Source: Mucilaginibacter sp. (GTDB lineage: Bacteria > Bacteroidota > Bacteroidia > Sphingobacteriales > Sphingobacteriaceae). From it: a stretch of DNA of 64,000 bases. Location of the stretch: positions 8,614 to 72,613 of the forward strand of contig DATCQV010000116.1 of NCBI GenBank assembly GCA_036569325.1, in the 5' to 3' direction. Under the pieces are notes generated by a model. That model did not search any database, was not told the origin of the DNA, and was given only the letters and a program-made list of their open reading frames with translations. The first letter of the stretch is position 1. Each line of letters opens with the position of its first letter. Shown piece by piece: positions 39,450 through 49,145 of the stretch. Position numbers and translations under genes: made by a program.

Positions 39450-41369
39450 CTATTCCTCCTCGCGCGGAACGAAGCTTTCGATCAGGTCGTTAATATCTTC
39501 TTTAATACGGTGGTAATTGATCAGTGTTTCGTTCGGGCTGAGTTGGCGCACGGGTGGAATGTCTTGGTAGTTGCGTTCTTCTGCGGCTAAAGCATCATGG
39601 TCGTTTTGAATTTCGCAATGAAAGGTTTTGAGGTCGATGCGGTTGGTCGGGTCGTCAGCCACCATCCCCACAAATTCGCCGGATGACAGACCCGAAATTT
39701 TGGACGCAGGTATAGCATAATCCAATTGGGTCGAACGGCTGATAGATGTATCGCTACTGTTAATGGACACGCTTTCCTTGACCTGGTTGATCTTGCCAAA
39801 ACGTTCGGCGAGTTGTTTGGCCGTATCGCCAGTGACCTGGCCCGCGATCACATTTCCCGGCAAGTTGGTCAGCACATCAGCCTGGTCACGGCCATAGTCC
39901 TGTTTTAGCTGGCTGAAGTCCTGGACAGCGATGGTTGTGGCTACGCGGTTTGATCGGGCGGTTGCAAACAGGGTGTCCATCCCGTTGACGTATAAGGTGG
40001 GAAATTCATCGCAAGCGACACTGCATTTGTGCTGGCCTGTCCGGTTGATCCATTTTTGCGCACGGTTCAGTATGAGTGATAGTACGGGTCCAAAAGTTTG
40101 CGACTTCTGCGGGTTATTGGCCAGGCATAATATCTTTGGGGCCTCTGGATTATTAATATCCAACGTAAAGTCATTACCGCTCATGACATAATAAATCATG
40201 GGTGAAGATAAACGCGCCAGACCGATCTTGGCGCTGGCGATCTGTCCTTCGAGCTGTTCATAGGCCTCGTTCTTCCATGCAGAGATAAAAGGATTGATCA
40301 GGACCTCAATCTCGGGTTCGCTGGTCAATACAGTAAACAGATCCTTGTAATCCACTAGCGAGAGTTCGATGACGTGAGGCAGGGTACAGTATTTTCCGCT
40401 TTGATATTTTTTGAGGAACCAGATCAGCGCCGTCACAAAATTGATCGGGGATTCGACAAAGAAATCGCCCTGTTTTTTGATCCACTCACGGTTCAGGCCA
40501 AGCATGATCGTACGGCTGGACTCGATCGCATCGGTAATATCGGTCATCGTTTCCGGTTCCAGTGGATTGCAACGATGCATGCCCTGTTCCAGATTGATGA
40601 CGTAATAGGAGGGTTTTACGGCATAGCCTTCACTATATTTGAGTAAAGCGTTATAAGCGATCCTGGAAAGGTCAGGATATTTGAAATCATAGATTAGCAT
40701 GGTAAAGGATTTAGCGATGTGCTGTTTGATCAGATGCTGCATGACGAAATACGATTTTCCGGAGCCTGGACTGCCGACGATCAGTGTTCCGCGGAAAGGA
40801 TTGATGATATTGATCCAGCTATCCCGCTCTTTACCTTTGAGCTGATATTTAGCAGGCAGGTTGATGGAGTATTCATTTTCGAGCAGCCGTTCTTCTTGGG
40901 GAAAGGTCTCGTTCTCTTTATTGAAAATATCCCCGCCCAATTTGATGCGGAGCAACCGCCCAAACAAACTAATGCCAGTCATCAATAATAGAAACCCGAC
41001 CAAACTCGCCGCCATATAAACAATAGCGAGATCGAGCAGCCAACAACTCCCGGCATAAAAGAGCAGCCCTGTAACCGCATAAGCTACCGCGGTTTTGGCC
41101 TGCAACTTTTCGTCTTTCTTGCCTTTGGTCCCGGCGAGCGAAACCAGCAGCAAAGCCAGCGCAGCGGCCTTCGCTGTCCACACCGTTTGAAAGATCGGCA
41201 GCCTGGAAACCGGCAGTAACAAATGATCGGCCGGTTTCGCCGTTAAATGCCAACGCTCAAACTGGGCATAACAGCTCAAATAGAAATGAAGGAGCAGAAT
41301 GGCGATGCTGAGCAGGCGGGTAAAATCAATCGTCTTTCTGAGGGCTTGTTCGTTTTCTCCGGTTTGCAT
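39450..41369 (-). CDS. mobC: Type IV coupling protein (Bacteroidota MobC)
   Basis: MQTGENEQALRK; GSPGSGKS; YDFKYPDL; DEFPT; ATARSN. Confidence 0.93.
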   Translation of the reverse strand: MQTGENEQALRKTIDFTRLLSIAILLLHFYLSCYAQFERWHLTAKPADHLLLPVSRLPIFQTVWTAKAAALALLLVSLAGTKGKKDEKLQAKTAVAYAVTGLLFYAGSCWLLDLAIVYMAASLVGFLLLMTGISLFGRLLRIKLGGDIFNKENETFPQEERLLENEYSINLPAKYQLKGKERDSWINIINPFRGTLIVGSPGSGKSYFVMQHLIKQHIAKSFTMLIYDFKYPDLSRIAYNALLKYSEGYAVKPSYYVINLEQGMHRCNPLEPETMTDITDAIESSRTIMLGLNREWIKKQGDFFVESPINFVTALIWFLKKYQSGKYCTLPHVIELSLVDYKDLFTVLTSEPEIEVLINPFISAWKNEAYEQLEGQIASAKIGLARLSSPMIYYVMSGNDFTLDINNPEAPKILCLANNPQKSQTFGPVLSLILNRAQKWINRTGQHKCSVACDEFPTLYVNGMDTLFATARSNRVATTIAVQDFSQLKQDYGRDQADVLTNLPGNVIAGQVTGDTAKQLAERFGKINQVKESVSINSSDTSISRSTQLDYAIPASKISGLSSGEFVGMVADDPTNRIDLKTFHCEIQNDHDALAAEERNYQDIPPVRQLSPNETLINYHRIKEDINDLIESFVPREEE

Positions 41370-41387
41370 GATGGTAGATTTATAGGA

Positions 41388-42656
41388 TTATAGATTTTGT
41401 CCTTTGCGTTTTTTAAGCTGGCGCTTGATCTTGTTGAGCGCGCCTATGTCGTCCTGGTCAGGCTGTAATAAAATGTCCAGGAACTCGGATGAGCCGCCGT
41501 CATTGTAATTTTCCCTGTGCGTGGGTGGCGACGATTGGATAATCGCTGCTGAATTTGTAGCATGCGTTTGGGTGGTTGCAGACGGGTTGGGTTCGGTAGT
41601 AGCTATTGTTTTAGGCTGGTTGAATCGCTCGTTGAGTGGATTGGCGCTAAATTCTTTGCCGAGATCGCTGCCATTAAAGACAGTTTTGTTTTCGTGGTCG
41701 ATGAAAGTTGCGCCGTAGATGCGGCCATCATCGTTTCTTCTAAAAAACACTTCAATGTTTTGGGTTTTTAGGGACTGTTCGAATGCGGCGCGGTCGCTGG
41801 CTTTTTGAAGGGCTTTGGCGATTTTTGTTTTGAGCGCTTCTTTGAGTGGTTTACGCAATTGCGCATTCAGCTTGAATTTTTCCACCAGTGTTTTTAAGGT
41901 CGGCTTGCCGTAGATGCTGCTGGCTTTGATAGGCACCCCGGTTTTATTGCCCTGCGCATCGGTGATCCAGTATAGCAACCCCTCACGGGCAAACATCTGA
42001 GAATCTTTAGCGCCCCGGTCAGCCTGCACATGGTAATGTTGTAATACCGCGTTCAGCTCATGAATACTGATGAATTTATAATTGCGAACGACTTGACCCA
42101 CGACATTGGTAATCGCCCGTTTGGTTTCGACTTTGCCATAATCGACGGTTTTCAGGTCGGCTTTCAGATCAGGCTTTTGCTTTTCCTGTTCTTCAGCTTT
42201 GACCAGCCCATATTTGACCTCGATGGCCTTACGGGCCTTCTCGGACTCGTTTTGACCGAGGTAATGCAGGCTGATGCGGTAACCATCGCTTTTAATATTG
42301 GTAGTGACGATATGAATGTGCGGGTGCCCGGCATCGAAGTGACGGTACACCAAATAGGGCTGAGTTTCAAAACCAATGCCTTTGATATAGTCTTCGGCAA
42401 TGTTGTTCAGGTTTTCATCGGTTAGATTTTCACCATTTGCAAAGTTGAGCGACACATGCACCGTATTGGTTTTCGTGCGTTCATTACGGTCTGCCAAATC
42501 GGTCAGCCGGTGTAGCTTATCATGAAACTTCATATCCTTGATTTCTTTGGGGTAGCGGGCCGCCGCGATCAATTTGGCTTTGGCCTGTTTGACTTTGTTT
42601 TCATTATAATTGATGGCACCGATCAGGCTTTTGCCGTTGATGATTTTTGCGACCAT
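41388..42656 (-). CDS. mobB: Relaxase (MOBP/MobB type)
   Basis: YNENKV; HVSLNF; HFDAGHPHIHIVT. Confidence 0.92.
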   Translation of the reverse strand: MVAKIINGKSLIGAINYNENKVKQAKAKLIAAARYPKEIKDMKFHDKLHRLTDLADRNERTKTNTVHVSLNFANGENLTDENLNNIAEDYIKGIGFETQPYLVYRHFDAGHPHIHIVTTNIKSDGYRISLHYLGQNESEKARKAIEVKYGLVKAEEQEKQKPDLKADLKTVDYGKVETKRAITNVVGQVVRNYKFISIHELNAVLQHYHVQADRGAKDSQMFAREGLLYWITDAQGNKTGVPIKASSIYGKPTLKTLVEKFKLNAQLRKPLKEALKTKIAKALQKASDRAAFEQSLKTQNIEVFFRRNDDGRIYGATFIDHENKTVFNGSDLGKEFSANPLNERFNQPKTIATTEPNPSATTQTHATNSAAIIQSSPPTHRENYNDGGSSEFLDILLQPDQDDIGALNKIKRQLKKRKGQNL

Positions 42657-43033
42657 AGATCTGCGAATTGGTTCATCCGGTCTTTGATGTGGTTGATGGC
42701 GGGTTCGACTTTGCCATTAATAGCACTGAGCAAATTGCCCCAAAGCCGGACGTCAGGGTTTCCGTGTGCGGCATTGATCTGGTGAACCGCCTGGTTCAAA
42801 TTGTTGCCGATCGCATTCAGTTCCCGCCTGAGTAGCACCATTTCCTCTAACACCTCATCCATTGCCTTATCCCGGTAATTCACCGTCACCGGTTTCTCCA
42901 GCAAGACACTGCGCAGGTACTCGCTCAGCTTCCGAAAGCGGGTCTTTTTAAAGCGGTTGTTGAGCAGTTCGTACTCTTCCGGTTTGAGACGCAAATGGCA
43001 CCAGGCCGTTTTATTTTCTTGGGTTTCACTCAT
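42623..43033 (-). CDS. mobA: Relaxosome accessory RHH protein (MobA type)
   Basis: LSEYLRSVLL; ELNAIGNNLNQAVH. Confidence 0.85.
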   Translation of the reverse strand: MSETQENKTAWCHLRLKPEEYELLNNRFKKTRFRKLSEYLRSVLLEKPVTVNYRDKAMDEVLEEMVLLRRELNAIGNNLNQAVHQINAAHGNPDVRLWGNLLSAINGKVEPAINHIKDRMNQFADLWSQKSSTAKA

Positions 43034-43046
43034 CGGTGTTCGTGTT

Positions 43047-43160
43047 AAAAATCCGACTTCGGAGGATTTTTGCCTGGACCGCGGCCGACTGCGGAGGCTG
43101 GGGCAAGATTCGATTGTGATACAATCGTACATCTTGCTGACCGCTGCGAAGCGGGCGGTC
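43047..43160. other. Candidate oriT region
   Basis: Clustered inverted repeats (AAAAATCC/GGATTTTT; GCAAGAT..CGATTGT/ACAATCG..ATCTTGC; GACCGC/GCGGTC) immediately upstream of mobA. Confidence 0.55.
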
Positions 43161-43180
43161 TGATCCTGCTGTCAGTGGTT

Positions 43181-43459
43181 TTAATCGGCATGTTGGGTTG
43201 GTTTGATGGGCTTCGCCTTTTGGCTGAGATAGAGTTCAAGGGCCTGGATATTGATGTCCTTCAGGGACAGGTCATACTCCACGCCATAGGCTTTGACCCG
43301 TTTTAAAAGGGGTTTGGGTATCCAGTTATTAAACTGGGCTTCGGGCTCCTTTGGGGTTGGTGCGGGCTTCACCGGTTCGACTTTTTGGATGGGCGTTTTG
43401 GGCTGTTCCTTCTTAAGTTTTTCGGCCAGGCCGCCGAGCTTGTCTTTATAGTTTTCCAT
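43181..43459 (-). CDS. Small RHH-like ParA partner protein
   Basis: KTPIQKVEPV...QFNNWIPKPLLKRVK...LKDINIQALELYL; downstream of parA. Confidence 0.7.
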   Translation of the reverse strand: MENYKDKLGGLAEKLKKEQPKTPIQKVEPVKPAPTPKEPEAQFNNWIPKPLLKRVKAYGVEYDLSLKDINIQALELYLSQKAKPIKPTQHAD

Positions 43460-43586
43460 GGTATAGAGGTATAGTTTTCTATAGTCGTTGCTGCCTGTTA
43501 TAGAATTATAGCTTTCTATCACTGTAGCATTACAGATTGCTGTAATTGCAGAGGCTTATAATTATAGAATGACCGTCAAAAAAAAA

Positions 43587-44177
43587 TCAGGCGCTGATGA
43601 GGTCGACCACTTCTTCGGCAAGGGCGGTAAGTTCTGCCGCCGCTTTTGAGTCGCCGCCCTGCAAGATGCCGGAGGTCATGGACGAACGCGCGATGCTGAC
43701 CCGGTCATGGATGACGGTCTTTAATAAACCTACTTCCATGGTTTCCAGTAAGGCCGACACGTCTTTGGTAATACCGGAGCGGGGTTTGACCATATTCAGG
43801 ACAATACCGGCCTTAGCCTTCGCTTCCACGATGAGCGCGATGGTCGAGCGGATGGCCATCACGTCAAAAAAGCCAGCCTTTGTTGGCACCAGGATAAAAT
43901 CCGACTGCGCAAATAATGCTGGCAGTTTATTGGACAGATAAGGCGGGGTATCTACTAAAATCAGATCGTAAGGTAAACTCTGTAAATCTGCGAGTTGGTC
44001 TGCGCAGATAATGGTCAGGTTCGGGAAGTCTTCCTTGATATGATACAAACTACCCTGGTGGTCGGTGTCAACCAACGCGACGGATAACTGGTCCTGGAAA
44101 CAAAGCGCCAGGTTTATGGCCAGCGTGCTTTTGCCGACGCCGCCTTTCTGGTGGGCGATAGTGATGATCTTTGCCAT
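43587..44177 (-). CDS. parA: ParA family ATPase (short, type Ib-like)
   Basis: HQKGGVGKST; VDTDHQG; VDTPP. Confidence 0.92.
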   Translation of the reverse strand: MAKIITIAHQKGGVGKSTLAINLALCFQDQLSVALVDTDHQGSLYHIKEDFPNLTIICADQLADLQSLPYDLILVDTPPYLSNKLPALFAQSDFILVPTKAGFFDVMAIRSTIALIVEAKAKAGIVLNMVKPRSGITKDVSALLETMEVGLLKTVIHDRVSIARSSMTSGILQGGDSKAAAELTALAEEVVDLISA

Positions 44178-44181
44178 AGTT

Positions 44182-44226
44182 GATAGGATTATAGAAGTAT
44201 AGTTTTATAGAAATGTAGATTTATAG
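44182..44226. repeat. 8-bp-period TATAG iterons upstream of parA
   Basis: GATAG-gat-TATAG-aag-TATAG-ttt-TATAG-aaa-TGTAG-att-TATAG. Confidence 0.75.
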
Positions 44227-44535
44227 TTCAGCGACGAGATTTTCACGCAATCTCCGCCGGAGTTTTTGCCGTTCCTCGAAGTTGAAAATCCAATCGCCAG
44301 CCAGTAGTTTCCAGTTGCGATAAGGCGTGCCCTTGGGACTGCTCCAATTAGCTTCAGTGTAATGTTCATAAAACGGGGCGGCTTGGCTTGGATGGTTCTT
44401 TTGATCGAAATAGATATCGACGAGTCCGCGTTGCGGCGGCATCTCGTTGCCGAAACCTTTTTGAATGATGGTTTCGGGCTTGGGAACAGGCCTGCGTTCT
44501 GCGGGCAGGCGTTTGGCTTTTCGTTTGAATAACAT
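44221..44535 (-). CDS. ICE hypothetical protein
   Basis: PP...VDIYF...FYEHY...NW...NWK...W pattern reminiscent of replication-protein C-termini. Confidence 0.65.
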   Translation of the reverse strand: MLFKRKAKRLPAERRPVPKPETIIQKGFGNEMPPQRGLVDIYFDQKNHPSQAAPFYEHYTEANWSSPKGTPYRNWKLLAGDWIFNFEERQKLRRRLRENLVAEL

Positions 44536-44584
44536 AGGGTAGTGGTTAAACCAGCCCGCCGGACGGCAGGCTGGTAGATGGAAC

Positions 44585-44929
44585 CTAGGCGCTTTTGTTG
44601 CTGGACATCATAAAGGTGATGTCTTCGTAATCGTAATAGATAGAGCCGCCGACTTTCGTAAAAGGGAGCACGCCGCTGTCCCGCAGCGATTGTAAAAACC
44701 CGTGGGAAATGCCGAGGAGCTTTTTGACCTCGGCGGACTTTAACCATTTTTTGCCGGGCTGACCGCTGGTGCATTCTTTGATCACGCGTTTAACTTCCTG
44801 GATCATGTCGTCTTTGAAGTCCTGCAGGTCACCGAGCGTCAGTATCTGATTCCGCGTGGGGATGACACTGGTCATTTTTGATCTTTGTTCCGTTGCTTTA
44901 TCCATGGCAGTTGCTTTAATTGGCTTCAA
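44585..44929 (-). CDS. HTH_17 excisionase-like DNA-binding protein
   Basis: KWLKSAEVKKLLGIS...LQSLRDSGVLPFTKVGGSIYY. Confidence 0.88.
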   Translation of the reverse strand: MKPIKATAMDKATEQRSKMTSVIPTRNQILTLGDLQDFKDDMIQEVKRVIKECTSGQPGKKWLKSAEVKKLLGISHGFLQSLRDSGVLPFTKVGGSIYYDYEDITFMMSSNKSA

Positions 44930-45086
44930 AAATGGGATCCTCCAGATTTTGAAAATGACAACTTTGGGGAATGTGGAGGGCTTTTTGAACTGAAATAGAC
45001 CGGGGTAGACTGCGATGGATCGAAAAGAAAAAGCCAGGACTTGAATACGGTTATAGATGGCTATAAATCTATAATGCTACAAAAAC

Positions 45087-45115
45087 AAAAATCCGCAACA
45101 GTGTCGCGGATTTTT
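45087..45115 (-). terminator. Terminator-like hairpin downstream of ORF6N gene
   Basis: AAAAATCCGC-n9-GCGGATTTTT. Confidence 0.55.
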
Positions 45116-45151
45116 GCTGGAGTTAAAATTCAAACATGATCCGTGCCGGAA

Positions 45152-45514
45152 TCACTTAGTTGAATTTTTTACGATTTGAAAAAACTCATTAATGATGTCG
45201 ATGCTGACTTTAATGGCGACCTCGCTTTTGATGATACCGGAAGCCATGAGTAGCCCGGCTTCTGTAAACACCCTTGGAATAGGGCCATTGCCGATTTTGC
45301 AGGGAAGGCCAGCCTGTTGTTGCAACTGTTGCCATTCTTCCGCTGTCGGTGAAAACAGGAAATCGGGCGGGAACCGGAGTTTGTTTCGGCTTACACGCTG
45401 CCTTAACACTTTCAAACTGACGTGGAACAACGCCGCTACATCCTCGTCGATCATGACTTTTTGCCCGCGCAACCAATAGACCTGATTAATGGGCTGTTCA
45501 TTTTGCTGGGTCAT
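45152..45514 (-). CDS. ORF6N-domain DNA-binding protein
   Basis: LRGQKVMIDEDVA; VSRNKLRFPPDF; VFTEAG. Confidence 0.85.
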   Translation of the reverse strand: MTQQNEQPINQVYWLRGQKVMIDEDVAALFHVSLKVLRQRVSRNKLRFPPDFLFSPTAEEWQQLQQQAGLPCKIGNGPIPRVFTEAGLLMASGIIKSEVAIKVSIDIINEFFQIVKNSTK

Positions 45515-46488
45515 AATAATTGTTTTTGAAGTTCTTCCTTGCTGGGCAAATAGAGTTTGTACTCCCGGCTGAAAATTTGCTCGTTATTCAATGGCAGCGT
45601 AAATTCCACTACCGCTTTGTTGTCCTCTTTACAAAGGATGATACCGATCGTGGGTTTCTCGTGGGGCTGCTTGACCCTCCGGTCGTAATAGTTGACATAC
45701 ATTTGCATTTGCCCGATGTCCTGATGGGTGAGCTTGCCGATCTTCAGGTCGATCAGGACGAAACAGTCCAGCAGGCGGTTATAAAAAACCAGGTCCACCC
45801 AAAAATGGTCGCCTTCCAGCGTAATGCGGCGTTGTCGCCCTTCGAATAGAAAGCCTTTGCCTAATTCGAGCATAAAGTGTTCGAGCTTATTGATAATCGC
45901 GGTTTCCAGGTCATTTTCTGAATAACGGTGGTCTTCTTTGAGGCCTAAAAACTCAAGTACGACCGGGCTTTTTAATATGTCGGTTGAATGTTCAACTATT
46001 TGACCTTCCTCGGTCAGTTTCCTTACACCGGCTTTATCACGGCTGAGTGCCAGCCGTTCATAATATGAGGAATTTAATTGCCGTTGCAATTCCCGGACCG
46101 ACCAGTTCCCGGTGGATGCTTCCAACTCATAGAAGATTCTTTCCTGCTCGTTTTTGACCTTTAATAAAACGACATAATGCGACCAGCTCAAATTCCGAGA
46201 CAGTGTCTCGGAATTTCTATAAGCGAGATAAAGCGAACGCATATTTTCGAGATTGTCGACCGAGTAGCCGCGCCCAAAAATGCCGGTCAAATGCTGACTT
46301 AAATTGGCCATTGTTTGTTTACCATACGCGGCATGGGTGGCACCGTTTTGTTCATCTTCGATGATCATCCGGCCAATTTGATAATAGGTCATGACCATCG
46401 TCGAATTTACATTCCTGACAATATTTTGCTTGGCTTGTTCGATCAGTTCTTGTACCGACCGAAAAAGCAGTTGTTGTTCCGGTTTCAT
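45511..46488 (-). CDS. YhcG/DUF1016 PD-(D/E)xK nuclease-domain protein
   Basis: LSWSHY; WSVRELQRQ; VDLVFYNRLL; IDLKIG; GQMQMYVNYY. Confidence 0.92.
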   Translation of the reverse strand: MKPEQQLLFRSVQELIEQAKQNIVRNVNSTMVMTYYQIGRMIIEDEQNGATHAAYGKQTMANLSQHLTGIFGRGYSVDNLENMRSLYLAYRNSETLSRNLSWSHYVVLLKVKNEQERIFYELEASTGNWSVRELQRQLNSSYYERLALSRDKAGVRKLTEEGQIVEHSTDILKSPVVLEFLGLKEDHRYSENDLETAIINKLEHFMLELGKGFLFEGRQRRITLEGDHFWVDLVFYNRLLDCFVLIDLKIGKLTHQDIGQMQMYVNYYDRRVKQPHEKPTIGIILCKEDNKAVVEFTLPLNNEQIFSREYKLYLPSKEELQKQLL

Positions 46489-47777
46489 TAGCTTACTTTT
46501 TTAAGTTGTGTAGTTGAGTTTCCTTTTCGATTTGCTTTTCGCTTAGGCGTTTCTGGCTCCAGCTTTTCTCTTAACACATACATATCCTCGCTGATCTTTT
46601 TGAGCAGCACCCGGGCGTAGATCTGCGTGGTGGCGATCTTGGTGTGCCCCATCATTTTGCTGACGGTTTCAATAGGCACGTTATTAGCCAGCGTGATGGT
46701 GGTGGCAAAGGTGTGCCGGGCAACGCCAAAGGTCAGGGTCTTTTTAATGCCGAGGATCTTGGCGACTTCCTTTAGGTGCAGGTTTGTTTTCTGATTGGTG
46801 AGGGTAGGAAAAACGGTACCCTGGGTAACCGAGCGCGGATGGTCTTTGTATTTATCAATAATGGTCAGCGCGGGTGCCAATATGGGAACATTGGTGGGCT
46901 CGTTACTTTTCTGCCGGAAGAACTTCAGCCATTTTTCACCGTCTTCGCCAACCACGATATTCGCCTCGGTTAAATTCATGAGGTCGACAAAGGATACACC
47001 GGTGTAGCAGGCAAATAAGAAATAGTCCCGAATGGTTGCAAGGGAATCTGAAGCAAACTCGTGTTGCTGAATGGCCTGTAATTCGGCATTGGACAGGAAT
47101 GCGGTTTCTACCTTTTTATATTTGAACTTGTAATTTTTGAACGGGTCTTTGGCGATCCATTGCAGTTTGAAAGCCAGGGTGGTCATTTTACGCAGGCGGA
47201 TCAGGTGTTTCATCACGCCATTATTATCCAGCGGCTTTAGGTTGCCTTTGGGTTTACGGCTACGCAGGAAGGTTTCAAAATCGATAATGAACCTGTAGTC
47301 GATCTCGTGGATGTGGATGTCCGTTGTTTTTTTCTTTTCGCGCAGGAATTTTTCGAGGTAGCGCCTGGTAACCGCGTAATGTTTGATGGTACTCCAGGTG
47401 AGTGCGGCGGAGGCCACTTCGTAATGATAATCCATTAACCTGCTGAGGGTATAGGTTTCCTCTGTTGCCTCGCCCAGGAACAGGGCTTTTAGGAGTTGTG
47501 GGGTTACTTCTTTTCCGGCAAGTTGTAACTGTTGGTAATAGGTAGTGATCGTAAATTTGACTTGTTCGAGATAGCCGTTGACCTCTTTCGCTTCCGGTAC
47601 TCTTATTTTCAGGTAACCGTGTCCTTTGTCCCAATTGGCGACTTCGACTTGTTGCTTTAAGCCGATCATTACCTTTTCCTTGTTGATGGTAATGGCGGCA
47701 TAAACATTGGTCTTGCCGTCTTTTTCTCTTCCTTTTCTGATGGTGAAGCTGACACCAAACGACTGCTTTGTTTTCAT
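46488..47777 (-). CDS. Site-specific tyrosine integrase (IntDOT-like)
   Basis: Arm-binding N-terminus; CYTGVSFVD; ARHTFAT; MMGHTKIATTQIYA. Confidence 0.93.
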   Translation of the reverse strand: MKTKQSFGVSFTIRKGREKDGKTNVYAAITINKEKVMIGLKQQVEVANWDKGHGYLKIRVPEAKEVNGYLEQVKFTITTYYQQLQLAGKEVTPQLLKALFLGEATEETYTLSRLMDYHYEVASAALTWSTIKHYAVTRRYLEKFLREKKKTTDIHIHEIDYRFIIDFETFLRSRKPKGNLKPLDNNGVMKHLIRLRKMTTLAFKLQWIAKDPFKNYKFKYKKVETAFLSNAELQAIQQHEFASDSLATIRDYFLFACYTGVSFVDLMNLTEANIVVGEDGEKWLKFFRQKSNEPTNVPILAPALTIIDKYKDHPRSVTQGTVFPTLTNQKTNLHLKEVAKILGIKKTLTFGVARHTFATTITLANNVPIETVSKMMGHTKIATTQIYARVLLKKISEDMYVLREKLEPETPKRKANRKGNSTTQLKKVS

Positions 47778-47834
47778 TTTTAACAGTTTTTAAATGAATA
47801 AATGATTAATTATTCCCGAAAACCATTGATTTTC

Positions 47835-47975
47835 TGGTCGCTTTTGGTCGTTTAGCTTAGTCCTTTTGAGTACTTTTTGATGCTTGTTTAAAGTACTTAA
47901 ATAATTGTATTTCAGCTAATTAACTCTTAAAAGCGACCAAATTTAAAAAACGGATTTTGGTCGCCGAGATGGTCG
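47835..47975. repeat. Five TGGTCG motifs, putative integrase arm-type sites
   Basis: TGGTCG at 47835, 47845, 47958, 47970 and inverted CGACCA at 47934. Confidence 0.55.
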
Positions 47976-48588
47976 TTTAACCGGTGCATTTGAAAGGATT
48001 GAGAAGGACTACTAAAAAATAAAAAACCCTCTAAATCAACGACTTAGAAGGTTTTCCGATGTGATGAAATTACTTTTTGTGCTCCAAAATGTGCAACTTT
48101 CGCACCATTTTTTAGACGACATGCGGCTTCTGGCTAATTTGCTGAAGGATTTTGATGAACCTTAATGGGCAACATCTGCACCGTTTTATAAACTTTGTTT
48201 TGACAAACTTTACGGCTATACTTGTATGTGCTTTTGGCAAGCCAGCTCGTTCGTGCAAAGATTTCATCAGCCATTGGGCAAATAACGCAAACCTGTCGAG
48301 CTTGTTATCCTACAAGATTACGAACGCTAAAATTTAAGGATAGATGTGATTTCATTTTCATAGTTATCTACTATTGAATTTTGCGTGTTAATTAATCCAT
48401 TTTTCGGAGCAAAAAAAAAGTGCCGCCCGATTCCGGGCAGACACTCCACTAAACTAACTTAAGGCCAACTAAACCTCAATCCATGTAAGCGGCCCGCCGT
48501 ACGCCGGCAGCGGGTAACGCTATGTCTTAGTAATTAACTGATCTTATTTTACGAATAAGCAAACGATAAAGAACGAAGCGCGATTATT

Positions 48589-49032
48589 TTATTCGCCATA
48601 AGCGATACGTTTGGTAAAATATTTCGGGTATTCCGTATACCCCTGGTTTAAATAAAACTGATGCGCGGGCGTTCGCCAGTCCAGGCAATGCACCTGTATG
48701 CGTTCACATTTCCTGGCTCTTGCCTGTACGGCCACGTGTTTTTCTAACACGGCGGCTATATCGACCGTCCGGATCGATTCGTCGACCGACAGGTAGCTGA
48801 TAATGGCGACGCCGCCGTCAAAGGCCAGCTGTGGCAGAAAATGAACGGCTATGAAACCCACTACTTCTTTTTTCAGTTCGAATACCCATACCTGGTGGTC
48901 GCCCTGGTCAAAATCATTTGCCAGCTGACCGACCAGTATGCTCGTACTGGCCGCATAGCCCAAAGCTTCGAGCAATAGCTTGATCGCGGGCGCGTCCATA
49001 TAGGTGGCATTTCTGATTGTAATATCTTTCAT
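48589..49032 (-). CDS. GNAT family N-acetyltransferase
   Basis: IRNAT...LLEALGY; ISYLSVDE; AHQFYLNQGY. Confidence 0.88.
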   Translation of the reverse strand: MKDITIRNATYMDAPAIKLLLEALGYAASTSILVGQLANDFDQGDHQVWVFELKKEVVGFIAVHFLPQLAFDGGVAIISYLSVDESIRTVDIAAVLEKHVAVQARARKCERIQVHCLDWRTPAHQFYLNQGYTEYPKYFTKRIAYGE

Positions 49033-49145
49033 GCGGCGTTAAAAACGGGCCGGCCAGACGGCCCCTAAACCAAATTTACTTTTTTGAGAAAAGCTTTACT
49101 GGCAAGGTTCGTTATACAAAACGTATTCAATATTAAGGCTGCATG

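Larger units (their letters stand above)
18694..48090. mobile_element. CTnDOT-like integrative conjugative element, partly decayed; left end unresolved (may extend to ~13.8 kb)
   Basis: rteC, traE-G/I/J/K/M, mobABC, parA, excisionase-like HTH, terminal tyrosine integrase. Confidence 0.88.

Noticed and set aside
44205-44774. 189-aa ORF and similar long alternative-frame ORFs in the ICE and PUL
   Set aside because: They overlap better-supported genes and lack recognisable motifs
48061-48120. Intact tRNA gene next to the integrase
   Set aside because: No cloverleaf can be formed; only a possible 3'-end remnant
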